DNA of 64,000 bases from an uncultured Poribacteria bacterium (GTDB taxonomy: Bacteria > Poribacteria > WGA-4E > WGA-3G), in assembly GCA_951813565.1 (NCBI GenBank), contig OX638351.1:3565506-3629505 (forward strand), read 5' to 3'. Of this stretch, positions 9,903 through 20,275 are shown in pieces (positions within the stretch are counted from its first letter, which is position 1; each line of letters begins with the position of its first letter). Made by a program: the position numbers and the translations under genes. The notes beneath the pieces were generated by a model. It saw nothing but the letters and a program-made list of their open reading frames with translations. It was not told where the DNA came from and made no database searches.

Positions 9903-10994
9903 CTATTCAAGAGTCGCTTCATATATTTGGGCAAAGCCGCTTCTATCTGAGGTAAATACAACATACCGTCCATCAGGACTAAAAGACGGATGTGGATGCG
10001 TGTGCTGTGGTGCATACACTTGAATAGGACCATTTGCATAAGGAAATGGTCCGTTCCAATGTTCACCAATTGAAGAAGCACCCGGATAACAAAGTGTCTT
10101 CGGTTCACCTATTCCATCACGCGCGTCAAACGTTTGGATACCGATATCAGGAAAATTTGTATCTGCAACCATCAAAGTACCATCTTTGTTGCAGATGGCA
10201 TGCCATGCGTTGAACGTTGTTACCTGCCGTTCTTCTTCGGTGTCAACGTTAATACATCTCACACCTCGCGGCCAATCGACAAATGCAAGTTCACGCGTGC
10301 CCGGTATCCATGTTTCGTGCGTAATCCACTCATTTTTTTCGACATTTCGGGCATAAAGCCTTCGGTTTCCTGTGCCATCTCGATGAATAACCCACACGCG
10401 GTCGGTTAGCGGCCCTGCATAATAGAGTAGGTTAGAATCGTCAGGACAAAATTGGAGATGTGCGATGCTATCCCTACGAAGAATAATCTCGTGATCACCC
10501 GTCTCCGTCCCTACAATAGCAAGTGCAGACTCTGTGTCTACATTGAATCGGACTGCCCACCATTTATCATCGTGACTGAGTGCAGTTGTTCCCATCGCAG
10601 CAGCTACCATGCCCTTCTCATTCATTTTAGTTGCAGCAAAGTTAACCAATTCTTGCTCTTCCAACGTTTCCAAGTCAAGTCGCCAACCGCTTGTGTCGGC
10701 GGTGAAAAATACTGACCTCCCATTGTGTGACGGATGTATAGACCATTCACTTAAGTCGTGTCTGTCAGTCAGTTGACGGAGCTGACCAGTGTTACGTTCT
10801 TCAGCAAAAATCTGTGGCGTGCCGGTACGGTGTGATACAAAAATCAACCGCTGCATCGCGTCATCATACGCTGGAATAATAAAGAACGGATGATGATGGT
10901 GTGCAGAAGCCATCGTCACTTGGCGGATGCGTGTACCGGTACGTCTATCATAAAACGTTCGAGATTCGGGTGAATAAACAGTCCCTTTTGCCAT
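9903..10994 (-). CDS. ogl: Oligogalacturonide lyase (PL22)
   Basis: N-terminus MAKGTVYSPESRTFYDRRTGTRIRQVT and C-terminus VTHPHPSFSPDGRYVVFTSDRSGFAQIYEATLE align block-for-block with enterobacterial Ogl. Confidence 0.65.
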   Translation of the reverse strand: MAKGTVYSPESRTFYDRRTGTRIRQVTMASAHHHHPFFIIPAYDDAMQRLIFVSHRTGTPQIFAEERNTGQLRQLTDRHDLSEWSIHPSHNGRSVFFTADTSGWRLDLETLEEQELVNFAATKMNEKGMVAAAMGTTALSHDDKWWAVRFNVDTESALAIVGTETGDHEIILRRDSIAHLQFCPDDSNLLYYAGPLTDRVWVIHRDGTGNRRLYARNVEKNEWITHETWIPGTRELAFVDWPRGVRCINVDTEEERQVTTFNAWHAICNKDGTLMVADTNFPDIGIQTFDARDGIGEPKTLCYPGASSIGEHWNGPFPYANGPIQVYAPQHTHPHPSFSPDGRYVVFTSDRSGFAQIYEATLE

Positions 10995-11057
10995 CTATTT
11001 GGTTCAAAAGTAGTGCATATATGAGCAGACATTGTATATATCTGCTCATTGTTATTT

Positions 11058-12062
11058 TTATTCTTCAAATGCGGCATCAAAGGCGACAGCAGAGGGTTCA
11101 AAATCATATCCCTTCACTGCACCACACGCTTCACGTGCGCCATGCTCGCGATCCATACCACTGTCTTCCCACTCAATGGAAAGCGGACCATCATAACCGA
11201 TATTGTTAAGCGCACGGATGATCTCTTCAAAATCAATATTGCCGCGTCCGATAGAGCGGAAATCCCAGAAACGTTTTGAATCACCGAAGTTCAAATGTCC
11301 ACCAAATACACCTGACAAACGTGGTGTTTCTGCCCACCAAACATCCTTCATGTGAACATGATAGATACGATCACTTAAGCGTTCAATAAATGCTACATAA
11401 TCAACGCCTTGATATCCAAGGTGACTGGGATCATAGTTGAAGCCGAAGGTTTCTCTGCCGTCAAGTGCCTCAATAGCGCGCTCAGCGGTCACAATGTCAA
11501 ATGCAATTTCAGTCGGATGGACTTCAAGCCCGAACTTAACACCAACCTCATCAAAAACATCAAAGATTGGATTCCAACGGTCCGCAAAATCTTCAAAGCC
11601 TGCGTCAATCTGCGCGGAGTCAACCGGTGGAAATGAGTAGAGTAGATGCCATATAGAACTGCCTGTAAAGCCGTTTACGACATCAACACCGAGTTTCGCT
11701 GCAGCGCGGGCAGTATTTTTCATCTCTTCTGCTGCGCGTTCCTGAACACCAGCGGGATCACCATCGCCCCAAATCTGTTCTGATATAATTCCTTGGTGTC
11801 GACTATCAATATTATCGCAAACCGCTTGCCCAACAAGGTGATTGCTGATTGACCAAACCTTCAATCCGTAATTTGCCAGCAGATCATGTCTGCCTTGACA
11901 GTAACTGTCGTCAGAAAGTGCTTTGTCTGTCTCAAAATGGTCGCCCCAGCAAGCAAGTTCCAAACCGTCGTATCCCCACTCGCTGGCTTTTTTTGCTAAA
12001 TCTTCAAGTGTCAGGTCTGCCCACTGTCCTGTAAACAGAGTCACAGGTCTTGCCATATTCAT
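11058..12062 (-). CDS. Sugar phosphate isomerase/epimerase (xylose-isomerase-like TIM barrel)
   Basis: N-terminal GYDGLELA block and overall family pattern. Paired with a Gfo/Idh/MocA gene, as is common in sugar catabolism loci. Confidence 0.6.
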   Translation of the reverse strand: MNMARPVTLFTGQWADLTLEDLAKKASEWGYDGLELACWGDHFETDKALSDDSYCQGRHDLLANYGLKVWSISNHLVGQAVCDNIDSRHQGIISEQIWGDGDPAGVQERAAEEMKNTARAAAKLGVDVVNGFTGSSIWHLLYSFPPVDSAQIDAGFEDFADRWNPIFDVFDEVGVKFGLEVHPTEIAFDIVTAERAIEALDGRETFGFNYDPSHLGYQGVDYVAFIERLSDRIYHVHMKDVWWAETPRLSGVFGGHLNFGDSKRFWDFRSIGRGNIDFEEIIRALNNIGYDGPLSIEWEDSGMDREHGAREACGAVKGYDFEPSAVAFDAAFEE

Positions 12063-12111
12063 TCTCCTTCATTGTATGCGGGGATTGTAACCCCGATTTG
12101 CCTATCTCATT

Positions 12112-12240
12112 CTTGTGGGAGGGGTTTTCAACCCCGATATTCTTAGAAAACCAATCTCTTGTGGGAGGAGTTTTCAACCCCGATATTCTTAGAAAACTAA
12201 TCTCTTGTGGGAGGGGTTTTCAACCCCGATATTCTTAGAA
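12112..12240. repeat. 46-bp tandem repeat x about 2.8, each unit containing hairpin GGGGTTTTCAACCCC
   Basis: Units start at 12112, 12158 and 12204 (period 46). A partial degenerate unit lies at 12081-12097. The same motif recurs at 13730, 13906 (reverse complement) and 59603. Confidence 0.8.
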
Positions 12241-12244
12241 CATA

Positions 12245-13417
12245 TTACGCGGGTGGTGTATAACTCGCATCAACCCAACCGCGCTGTTTTCCACTTTGGA
12301 CTGCGGTATTGATGAAATGGACACCGCGGGCACCGTCTTGAACCGTCGGAAAATCTGTGTCAAATTCACCGGGGGATTCACCCGCAATTTTGGCTGCCAT
12401 TGTGCGAGAAGCATTGACATAGATGTTCGCGAATGCCTCAATAAACGCCTCTGGATGTCCGAACGGAATCCGAGAATTGTGTTGCACAATTTCTGCAAGG
12501 TAATCGTTGCCACGTTTATAGACCTGTTCTGGTCCGTCAGGGAAACGAACAGAGAGATAATTCGGGTTTTCTTGATGCCATTCCAGTGATGCTTCTGTTC
12601 CGTATACGCGGATACGAAGGTTATTTTCTTCGCCTACTGAGATTTGTGAAGCAAACAAAATACCGCGGACACCGCTTTCATAATGAACCAAGAGATTTCC
12701 ATCGTCCTCTAACAAACGTCCTTGGACAAAAGTGGTCATGTCAGCACATATCTCTTCCATTTCAAGCCCAGTGATATAGTGTGCCAAATTCTCTGCGTGT
12801 GAGCCAATGTCTCCGATACACGATGAGGCACCCGCTTGTTTAGGATCTGTCCGCCATACAGCTTGCTTTGCACCTTCGTTTTCCAGAAATGTGGAAAGCC
12901 ATCCTTGCGGATATTCAACGACTATTTTGCGAATTGTGCCGAGCTTTCCCTCTTTTATCAGTTCACGGGCTTGCTTAACCATCGGGTAACCTGTGTAATT
13001 GTGGGTCAGCGCAAAGACTACATCATGTAACTTAACAAGACGACAGAGGGATTCGGCGTCTTCAACTGTTGTTGTCATCGGTTTATCACAGACAACATGG
13101 AATCCTGCTTCTATGAAGGTTTTCGCGACATCAAAATGAACATGATTTGGCGTGACGATTGAGACAAAATCTATGCGTTCACCTTCAGGAAATTGGCTCT
13201 CTTTTTCTGCCATCTCCTTATATGAACCGTAAACTCTGTTTGCATCAAGAAAGAGTTCAGCACCCTGTTGTCGTGATTTCTCAGGCGAAGATGAAAAAGC
13301 ACCAGCAACTAAGTCTATTTCACCATCAAGTGCCGCAGCTTTTCGATGCACAGCCCCAATGAATGCATCCGGTCCACCGCCTACCATTCCATAACGTATT
13401 TTCCTACCAAGTGGCAT
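12245..13417 (-). CDS. Gfo/Idh/MocA family oxidoreductase
   Basis: N-terminal IRYGMVGGGPDAFIG Rossmann fold and a family-typical C-terminal domain. Confidence 0.7.
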   Translation of the reverse strand: MPLGRKIRYGMVGGGPDAFIGAVHRKAAALDGEIDLVAGAFSSSPEKSRQQGAELFLDANRVYGSYKEMAEKESQFPEGERIDFVSIVTPNHVHFDVAKTFIEAGFHVVCDKPMTTTVEDAESLCRLVKLHDVVFALTHNYTGYPMVKQARELIKEGKLGTIRKIVVEYPQGWLSTFLENEGAKQAVWRTDPKQAGASSCIGDIGSHAENLAHYITGLEMEEICADMTTFVQGRLLEDDGNLLVHYESGVRGILFASQISVGEENNLRIRVYGTEASLEWHQENPNYLSVRFPDGPEQVYKRGNDYLAEIVQHNSRIPFGHPEAFIEAFANIYVNASRTMAAKIAGESPGEFDTDFPTVQDGARGVHFINTAVQSGKQRGWVDASYTPPA

Positions 13418-13989
13418 ATTGCGTATCCACTCCTTATATTCGGTGTGCGATTACATCTGCATGCTACAACCTGCGATATATCAACACACGTGATAAATAA
13501 TTTCTTTAGTTTAAGAATTATCTCATAATTTTCCATTTTTTTCAAGGTATTTTTGAAGAGCAGACCTGATAATTCAGTTATTGGTTGTCTGATTCGCGGA
13601 TTGTCTGCATTAATAACAATAATACCATCAAAAATATTGGAAACCATGGTTCAGACAAAATCAACAAATCAGCACAGTGGCACAATTTTGCCAGAGCTGT
13701 TCATTTGTCACGAAGTGCTCTTAATAGGAGGGTTTTAACCCCGATATGGTGCGTAGGTTGGATAGAGCGCAGCGAAACCCAATCTACACTATGAATACCT
13801 TTGGCAGAATACGCTTTTGGTATTCTGTATGATTCAGCCAAATCAACGCCAAATGCGCTTTTTGGCATTCCTTGGAGACCCTTTACAATAAGGGTGGGCA
13901 TTTGGAAAGAAATCGGGGTTGAAAACCCCTCCTACAAGAAAAAGCAACGGTTAATGACAAAAACTTTACACACTTTTACGATTTTTCTC

Positions 13990-14018
13990 TTGACTTAAGT
14001 TTTTAAATAGGATATAAT
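13990..14018 (+). promoter_or_regulatory. Consensus sigma70-type promoter (TTGACT, 17-nt spacer, TATAAT) upstream of the DUF1501 gene
   Basis: TTGACT at 13990-13995 and TATAAT at 14013-14018. A GGAGGA Shine-Dalgarno site precedes the ATG at 14170, giving a leader of about 150 nt. Confidence 0.5.
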
Positions 14019-14169
14019 TAAATAATTTCATATCGTGAAGTGCGGTTAGGAAGGTTTTCCGCTCCAAATTTCGTTTCATGACCTTAGGTAAAAACCCTCA
14101 TCGTAATATGTAAAAACGTAGTATAAAAGAGAAGTTCAACCTGTTAGCCAAAATATTAGGAGGACACCT

Positions 14170-15483
14170 ATGTCCGAAAGAAACTGCACACTCACAGACT
14201 GCGAAGGATTTTATCGCAGAGATCTAATTAAAGCTGGTGTTCTTGGTCTTTTCGGCTTCAGCCTCACCGACTTTTTCCGACTCAAAGCCGTAGCTGAACC
14301 TACTGCCAAACCAGCATCCGCCAAATCAGTTATTCTCGTATGGTTAGGCGGCGGGCCAAGTCACCTTGATATGTGGGATCTCAAGCCAAATGCCCCTGAA
14401 GAGATCCGAGGTCTGTTCAAACCTATTTCCACAAATGTTACTGGTATTCAAATCAGTGAACACATGCCGAGGCTTGCACAGCAGACAGATAAACTGTGTA
14501 TCATCCGCTCAATGACTTCTCCAGAGGCTGCACATGAGCGTGGCACACACTATATGATAACAGGTTACCAACCGTTGCCCGGCTTTGCTGTTCCTGGTCA
14601 CGGTGCTGTCGTTTCAAAACTCAAGGAACAACGTAGCGCATTGCCACCTTACATAGCAATTCCATCACCTGTTGCTTATGCTGGTGGAGGTTTCTTAGGT
14701 GCATCGTTGGCGCCGTTCTCTCCAGATGGTAACCCCGCAAGCAATAATTTCAAAGTGCGCGATTTAGAACCCCCGAAAGGTGTTACTTACGAACGCGTTG
14801 AGGACCGAAAGGACCTGCGACAAGCCGTTGATAATGCCTTTAAGAAATACGAGGCAGGGAATCCAAGGGTTGAAGCGATGGATAATTTCTATAACGCAGC
14901 TTACAACCTCATGAGTTCCGAAGATGCTCGCGCTGCATTTGATCTCAAAAATGAACCGAAGCAGATGCGCGATGCATACCGACGCGACACATTTGGGCAA
15001 AGCTGCCTCCTTGCACGAAGACTTGTTGAAGCTGGGGTTAACTTTGTCACTGTTAGTAATGGCGGTTGGGATAACCACAACAACATCTTCTCATCTCTGC
15101 CGGGGAAACTCAACGCCTTTGACCAGACAATGGCAACCCTGATTAACGATCTCTCTGAGCGCGGAATGCTTGAAAGCACACTGGTTATCGCCATGGGTGA
15201 ATTCGGTAGAACCCCTGTCATCAACCGAAACGGAGGCCGTGACCATCATCCTCGCGTTTTCTCTATCATGTTAGCAGGTGGCGGCGTTCAAGGTGGGCAA
15301 GTTGTCGGCGCATCCGATCCATTTGGGATGGAACCTGCCGAAACACCCGTCCGACCTGAAGACTTGTCGGCAACTATCTACCAGAGTCTCGGCATTGATT
15401 ATAATCAGAGCATTGAATCGCCTGATGGTGTCCGCATCGTGCTTTCACGTGGTGGACGTCCGGTCCGGGGTGTCTTGGCTTAG
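14170..15483 (+). CDS. DUF1501 family protein (sulfatase/alkaline-phosphatase-like fold), TAT-secreted
   Basis: Twin-arginine signal YRRDLIKAGVLGL. Canonical DUF1501 blocks KSVILVWLGGGPSHLDMWDLKP and IIRSMTSPEAAHERGTHYMITG. Confidence 0.75.
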   Translation: MSERNCTLTDCEGFYRRDLIKAGVLGLFGFSLTDFFRLKAVAEPTAKPASAKSVILVWLGGGPSHLDMWDLKPNAPEEIRGLFKPISTNVTGIQISEHMPRLAQQTDKLCIIRSMTSPEAAHERGTHYMITGYQPLPGFAVPGHGAVVSKLKEQRSALPPYIAIPSPVAYAGGGFLGASLAPFSPDGNPASNNFKVRDLEPPKGVTYERVEDRKDLRQAVDNAFKKYEAGNPRVEAMDNFYNAAYNLMSSEDARAAFDLKNEPKQMRDAYRRDTFGQSCLLARRLVEAGVNFVTVSNGGWDNHNNIFSSLPGKLNAFDQTMATLINDLSERGMLESTLVIAMGEFGRTPVINRNGGRDHHPRVFSIMLAGGGVQGGQVVGASDPFGMEPAETPVRPEDLSATIYQSLGIDYNQSIESPDGVRIVLSRGGRPVRGVLA

Positions 15484-15719
15484 GTAAAATAACATTTACC
15501 ACACTTGTAGTACGGGACAGCAAACGTCTTGATAGCAATGTTGATCTCGTACTACCTGCTGCTAACAGAAGTTGGTGTATAGTTGTCTGGATTACAGATG
15601 ACGCAGGGAACTTGTAGTAGCAGAATTTGTTGCACGTCCTACTGACGGTCAATTTCCTACTACAAACCCCTCTATCATTCCATCACAAATGAACCTCCTC
15701 GTTAACTCTGGATGAGACC

Positions 15720-16769
15720 ATGAAAAACCGTAATTACAACACCCTTCCTTTGTTCGTTGTCTTGATACTTACATGCTCTGCAGTGCTTGGGACTATAGCA
15801 CAAACAGATGATGAACCCTTACAAGAAAAAAAGAAAACGTTATCACCTATCTGGTCACTTGAATTTAGTCCTGATGGCAAAACACTTGCTGTGGGAAAAT
15901 ATCAGTGGGTAGAGCTTTGGGACCTTGAAACCAAGGAGATGATACACGTCTATGAACCACACGCCGGACGAGTACGCTGTCTCAAGTTTTCAACGGATGG
16001 CAAAATGTTATACGCTGGCGGCGGTCAGGCAGCGCAAAGTGGTGAAATCCGTCTCTGGGATGTTGCTTCAGAGGAACTCATCAAAACGTTCGAAATTCAC
16101 GGTGACACCATTGAATCTATCGCTATCAGTCCAGATAACGCTAAATTACTCACCGCGAGCATGGACGAATTTAGCACTGTCATTGACTTAGAAAAACTTG
16201 ATGAAAATACGCCTATAGACGAACAAGCAAAATGGTTAACACAACACGTTGGAAGAGTGCTTAGCACACTTTACCATCCAAACGGCAACTACTTTGTCAC
16301 CGGTAGTGAAGATAAGACCCTAAAAGTGTGGAACCCAGAAGACTATACGGTGCTCGTGAGTTTTGATGGAAACGATGACTCAGTTTACTCGCTCGCCTAC
16401 GCAACACAAGAAAACCTTATTATTTCTGGTTCTGCTGATAACGTAGTCCGGTCATGGAGAGTCACGCAGAACAATGGTAATACCCGCGGCGCGCTTGCTC
16501 GACAATACGGCGGACATAGAGGTCCTGTTTATAGTGTTGACTGTGGTGTTTGGAACAACCAAGAAGTTATCGTATCCGGTAGTGCCGACACTTCTGTGAT
16601 TATATGGAACATCGGCAGCGGCAATCGGGTCCGAACCTTTAGTGAGTCTACAGATGCTGTCTATGTTGTACGCATAAGCCGTGATGGCACTCGCGTCGCC
16701 GCTGGCAGCCGAGATGGAAAAGTTCGAATCTGGAATATCAGGAACAATAGATTAACCCACGAATTCTAA
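15720..16769 (+). CDS. WD40-repeat beta-propeller protein, secreted/lipoprotein-like
   Basis: Signal peptide with a Cys (VVLILTCSAVLG). Multiple WD repeats (IRLWD, LKVWN, VIIWN, VRIWN). Confidence 0.7.
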   Translation: MKNRNYNTLPLFVVLILTCSAVLGTIAQTDDEPLQEKKKTLSPIWSLEFSPDGKTLAVGKYQWVELWDLETKEMIHVYEPHAGRVRCLKFSTDGKMLYAGGGQAAQSGEIRLWDVASEELIKTFEIHGDTIESIAISPDNAKLLTASMDEFSTVIDLEKLDENTPIDEQAKWLTQHVGRVLSTLYHPNGNYFVTGSEDKTLKVWNPEDYTVLVSFDGNDDSVYSLAYATQENLIISGSADNVVRSWRVTQNNGNTRGALARQYGGHRGPVYSVDCGVWNNQEVIVSGSADTSVIIWNIGSGNRVRTFSESTDAVYVVRISRDGTRVAAGSRDGKVRIWNIRNNRLTHEF

Positions 16770-16810
16770 GATTATTATAGTGGAAACGTTGTCCCGAATT
16801 CTGCCTATTA

Positions 16811-17058
16811 TAACGTGAGTTTGATAATTAGATTGAATATAGTCCGTTGGGTAGAGCGGACGTGAAACCCAACAATTCAACCGCCTTGAGAGTCCTAAAG
16901 AGTTGGGTTTCACTTATTTTTTCAGAAATGTAGACCTCAAATGGGTCAACAACTTCTCTTTAGAGGCTGTTTTTTATCGCCCATTTTCGTTCTACCCCAC
17001 CGAATGCCATAGGCGCATTCGGTGTTGATTCCCTACGGGATTTATCAAACTCACGTTA
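16811..17058. mobile_element. MITE-like element with perfect 17-bp TIR TAACGTGAGTTTGATAA
   Basis: TIR at 16811-16827 and its reverse complement at 17042-17058. The interior carries GGTAGAGCGGACGTGAAACCCAAC and the CACCGAATGCCATAGGCGCATTCGGTG palindrome. Same family as the element at 2283-2606. Confidence 0.6.
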
Positions 17059-17154
17059 TTATAGTTGTTAATTATTTGATTTTCGGTACGGAAAAGGTTT
17101 CCTTGACTGACACCGATAACTGAATGCTGAAAGCTACTTTGGAGGTAACATGCC

Positions 17155-20151
17155 ATGCGTGTCAATAAAATAAATATTCTTTTAGGTCTAAATCAACACC
17201 GCAATTCGCGATCAAGGTGGCATTTGGAATCCCTTCTACGTTTGCTACTTATCGTCTCTATGTGTGCACCGATTTCTGTATTCGCGCAAGCCACACCACG
17301 ACTGAATTCTCTCTTTCCCGCTGGGGCACAAACAGGAAAAAACGTTGAAGTGAAAATTCAAGGTTCAGATTTGGATGGCGCACATACCCTCATTGTTGAA
17401 GGCGACCCTGGTATTACCGGCACACTCAACACAGGCGGCGGGGATGTTGATGAAACCCATAAACCTGTTTTTGAAACAAATTGTGGGCAGTGTCATGAGC
17501 TCCGTTCTCCAAGCAACCGTTCTATGACTGCAACACAGTGGGAAGCAGTCGTCCAACGCATGGTCCGAGACAAAGGCGCGGAAATCAGTGATGACGATCA
17601 AACCAAAATCGTTCACTACCTTAAATCCGCTGCGAGAGCAAGTGGTGGAATGACTGCCGAGTTAGTAATCGCCCCCGATGCGCCAATCGGTGTCCGTGAA
17701 ATTCGTATCGTTGGCAAAAACGGCGCATCTACTGCATGGCCTTTTGAAATCACAGATGTGCCCGACACTGTCGAAATCGAATCCAATAACCTTGCTGAAT
17801 CTGCCACTACAATAGAATTGCCTATTATTATCAACGGCGTTGTCAGTTCAGGCGGCGATGAAGATTTTTTCACCTTTCAGGGAACCAAAGGTGATCGATG
17901 TGTTTTCAATGTAAAAGCGTATCGATATAACAACATTAGCCAACAGTTCTTCAATCCGACAATATCACTTTTTGATGCACAAGGCAAAGAACTTGCGCGG
18001 AGCAACGGATTCTATAGCCTTGACCCACTTATTGACTTCACGTTACCCGAAGATGGCGCCTATTTTCTACGCATCCGAGACCTGCTCTATCGTGGAAATC
18101 CAGATTCTGTCTACCGTTTGACAAGCGGTGTTGTTCCTTACAACACCTATATTTATCCAACAGGTGGAACAATTGGAAACGTAATCAAAACCACAATTGG
18201 TGGCGAAAATCTTCCAGAAACTGAGTGGGAAGTCAAACTACCGAGTGATCAACAACCAGGCGTTAAACTCATCCGTACACCTTACGGAATTTTCCCATTT
18301 TTCGCCAACAAGTACTCTGAAGAAATTGAACGTTCACTTGAGGAAGCTACCCACAACCAAACTGTTGATGTAGAAGAAAACGAAACGCATGCCAAAAATG
18401 CCGAGTCCGAGATTCTTTTCCAAACCAAATGCACCGCATGCCACGAACTTCGTTCACCGAATAACCGCGCACTAACCGCTGAACAGTGGGAAAACACTAT
18501 CATACGAATGGCGGAAAAAGAGAACGCGGACATTACAACCACGGATCGTGATAGAATTATTGCCTTTGTTGCTGAGGAAGTCGTCCGCATGGGACAACTC
18601 ATTGCCAAACAGATTGAAGTCTCGCAACATATTACAACCCCTGGAGCAATCAGTGGTCGTGTCTCTAAACCGGGTGAGGTGGACTATTACCGCTTTACAA
18701 TTGAAGAAGGTTCTCGTCTCGGACCTTGGTGGGTTATCCATCCATTTGATAATACAGACGAAAAAGGGTTTGATACCGTCTATCCTCCTGAAGTCGAAAT
18801 TGATCTTAAAAAAGACTACATCGGCAAAGATGGACGAAAAATTAGATGGTATAGGACTAACCGCAGAGGTGAAAATGTCTTCTCGAATGTACCAGAAGAT
18901 GATGTGACTGGATATGCTTTAACTTACTTTGAATCTGAACGCGACCAGAAGTATCTCTTGTCCCTCGGTTCTGATGATACGATTAAGATATGGGTAAACG
19001 ATCAATTGATCTTCAGTAAATACGTACATCGAGCGCTTAGGCGGGGAGACGATGTTATTGAGTTACCCATTTCCAAAGGCAGAAATAAAATTCTGTTTAA
19101 GATTACAAATGGTTATGGTCCCTGGGGCTTTTTCGCTGACATTGGCGGTTATTCCATTGTTCTATCCGCAGAAAACCTTAATTCACCTTTGAGTCCTTCG
19201 TTAACCTTGTTGAACGCTGCAGGTAGGGTGTTAAGGAATAACGCTGGTAGAGGTGGTAGACGGAATGCGATTATTGATTACAGTTTTGCACAACCGGGTG
19301 TCTATGCTCTCCGTGTTGAAGATATTACCGGTAAAGGTGGAGACGGTTATGTCTACCATTTAGATGTCCATCCAACTACACCTGACTTTGCTATCTCAGT
19401 GACTCCTGACAATCCAAATATTGGTCGCAGCGGCACAGTACTCTTAGAAGTTACATTACAGCGAAGAGTTGGGTTTACTGAACCGATACAGCTCTCTGTT
19501 GAAAATCTTCCGCCCGGTATTTCAGCAAGCCAGAGTGCTATCCTCTCTGAAGGCGGAAATGAACAAGGTTATCTCACCCTCACTGCTTCGCCAGATGCCG
19601 AATTAGTATACAGCGTTGTTCAAGTAGTCGGCACCGTCACAACAACATCTGGACATCAGATACGGCGTGCCGCTACGCCAGTGGAGGTATATCGCATTCG
19701 GAACAATGATCGAACTGTTCAACGGAAAAACATTGTCGTCAGTGTAACAGAGTCTTCACCTATTATTGTTTCTACTACCCCTGACGAAGTCGTGGTAACC
19801 CCGGATGGACCGGTTAACATTACCGTAAAAGTTGATCGACGGAAGGGCAACCGACAAAACATAAACTTGACTGCAGTCGGTTTACCTACTGGTGTAAGAC
19901 TCCAACGTCAGACAACCGTACTCCGAAGAGGCGCATCCGAAGCAACATTAACGCTTGTTCCGAATATCGTCTCCAGTGGAACAGAAGAATTGCGACAAAA
20001 TCCATTTATTGGAAATAAGCAGACACGCCCGTATACCTTTGTCGTTAATGCTTCGGTTGGAAATCGACGTATCGCAAGCAGTCCTGCTGTGAAGCTCTGG
20101 CTCGGAAACCCATCAAGCTCTGATGAGCAGGCAAAATTAGAAGGAAATTAA
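17155..20151 (+). CDS. Large secreted multidomain protein: two CxxCH-containing modules, two PPC (pre-peptidase C-terminal)-like domains, a PA14-like domain and C-terminal Ig-like repeats
   Basis: Signal peptide ...SVFAQA. Duplicated module F(E/Q)T(N/K)C(G/T)(Q/A)CHELRSPxNR..T..QWE....RM at about aa 105 and 430. DYYRF/DEDFFTF PPC-type motifs. A PA14-like block (KIRWYRTNRRGENVF...GYGPWGFFADIGG). Confidence 0.5.
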   Translation: MRVNKINILLGLNQHRNSRSRWHLESLLRLLLIVSMCAPISVFAQATPRLNSLFPAGAQTGKNVEVKIQGSDLDGAHTLIVEGDPGITGTLNTGGGDVDETHKPVFETNCGQCHELRSPSNRSMTATQWEAVVQRMVRDKGAEISDDDQTKIVHYLKSAARASGGMTAELVIAPDAPIGVREIRIVGKNGASTAWPFEITDVPDTVEIESNNLAESATTIELPIIINGVVSSGGDEDFFTFQGTKGDRCVFNVKAYRYNNISQQFFNPTISLFDAQGKELARSNGFYSLDPLIDFTLPEDGAYFLRIRDLLYRGNPDSVYRLTSGVVPYNTYIYPTGGTIGNVIKTTIGGENLPETEWEVKLPSDQQPGVKLIRTPYGIFPFFANKYSEEIERSLEEATHNQTVDVEENETHAKNAESEILFQTKCTACHELRSPNNRALTAEQWENTIIRMAEKENADITTTDRDRIIAFVAEEVVRMGQLIAKQIEVSQHITTPGAISGRVSKPGEVDYYRFTIEEGSRLGPWWVIHPFDNTDEKGFDTVYPPEVEIDLKKDYIGKDGRKIRWYRTNRRGENVFSNVPEDDVTGYALTYFESERDQKYLLSLGSDDTIKIWVNDQLIFSKYVHRALRRGDDVIELPISKGRNKILFKITNGYGPWGFFADIGGYSIVLSAENLNSPLSPSLTLLNAAGRVLRNNAGRGGRRNAIIDYSFAQPGVYALRVEDITGKGGDGYVYHLDVHPTTPDFAISVTPDNPNIGRSGTVLLEVTLQRRVGFTEPIQLSVENLPPGISASQSAILSEGGNEQGYLTLTASPDAELVYSVVQVVGTVTTTSGHQIRRAATPVEVYRIRNNDRTVQRKNIVVSVTESSPIIVSTTPDEVVVTPDGPVNITVKVDRRKGNRQNINLTAVGLPTGVRLQRQTTVLRRGASEATLTLVPNIVSSGTEELRQNPFIGNKQTRPYTFVVNASVGNRRIASSPAVKLWLGNPSSSDEQAKLEGN

Positions 20152-20275
20152 TCCTGCCATCTTCTATTTTGCACAATGCTTTGAAAACGTTAAGGCGAGG
20201 TCTGTGCCTCGCCTTCTACATTTTTCTTTAACCTTGTCTAAATGATACTTTCTAACTTTATTTGCGGAGGTGTGA

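Noticed and set aside
12112-12240. Possible CRISPR array (46-bp direct repeats)
   Set aside because: The units are directly adjacent with no unique spacers, only about 3 copies exist, and the same motif is dispersed singly elsewhere. This is a REP-like tandem repeat, not CRISPR.
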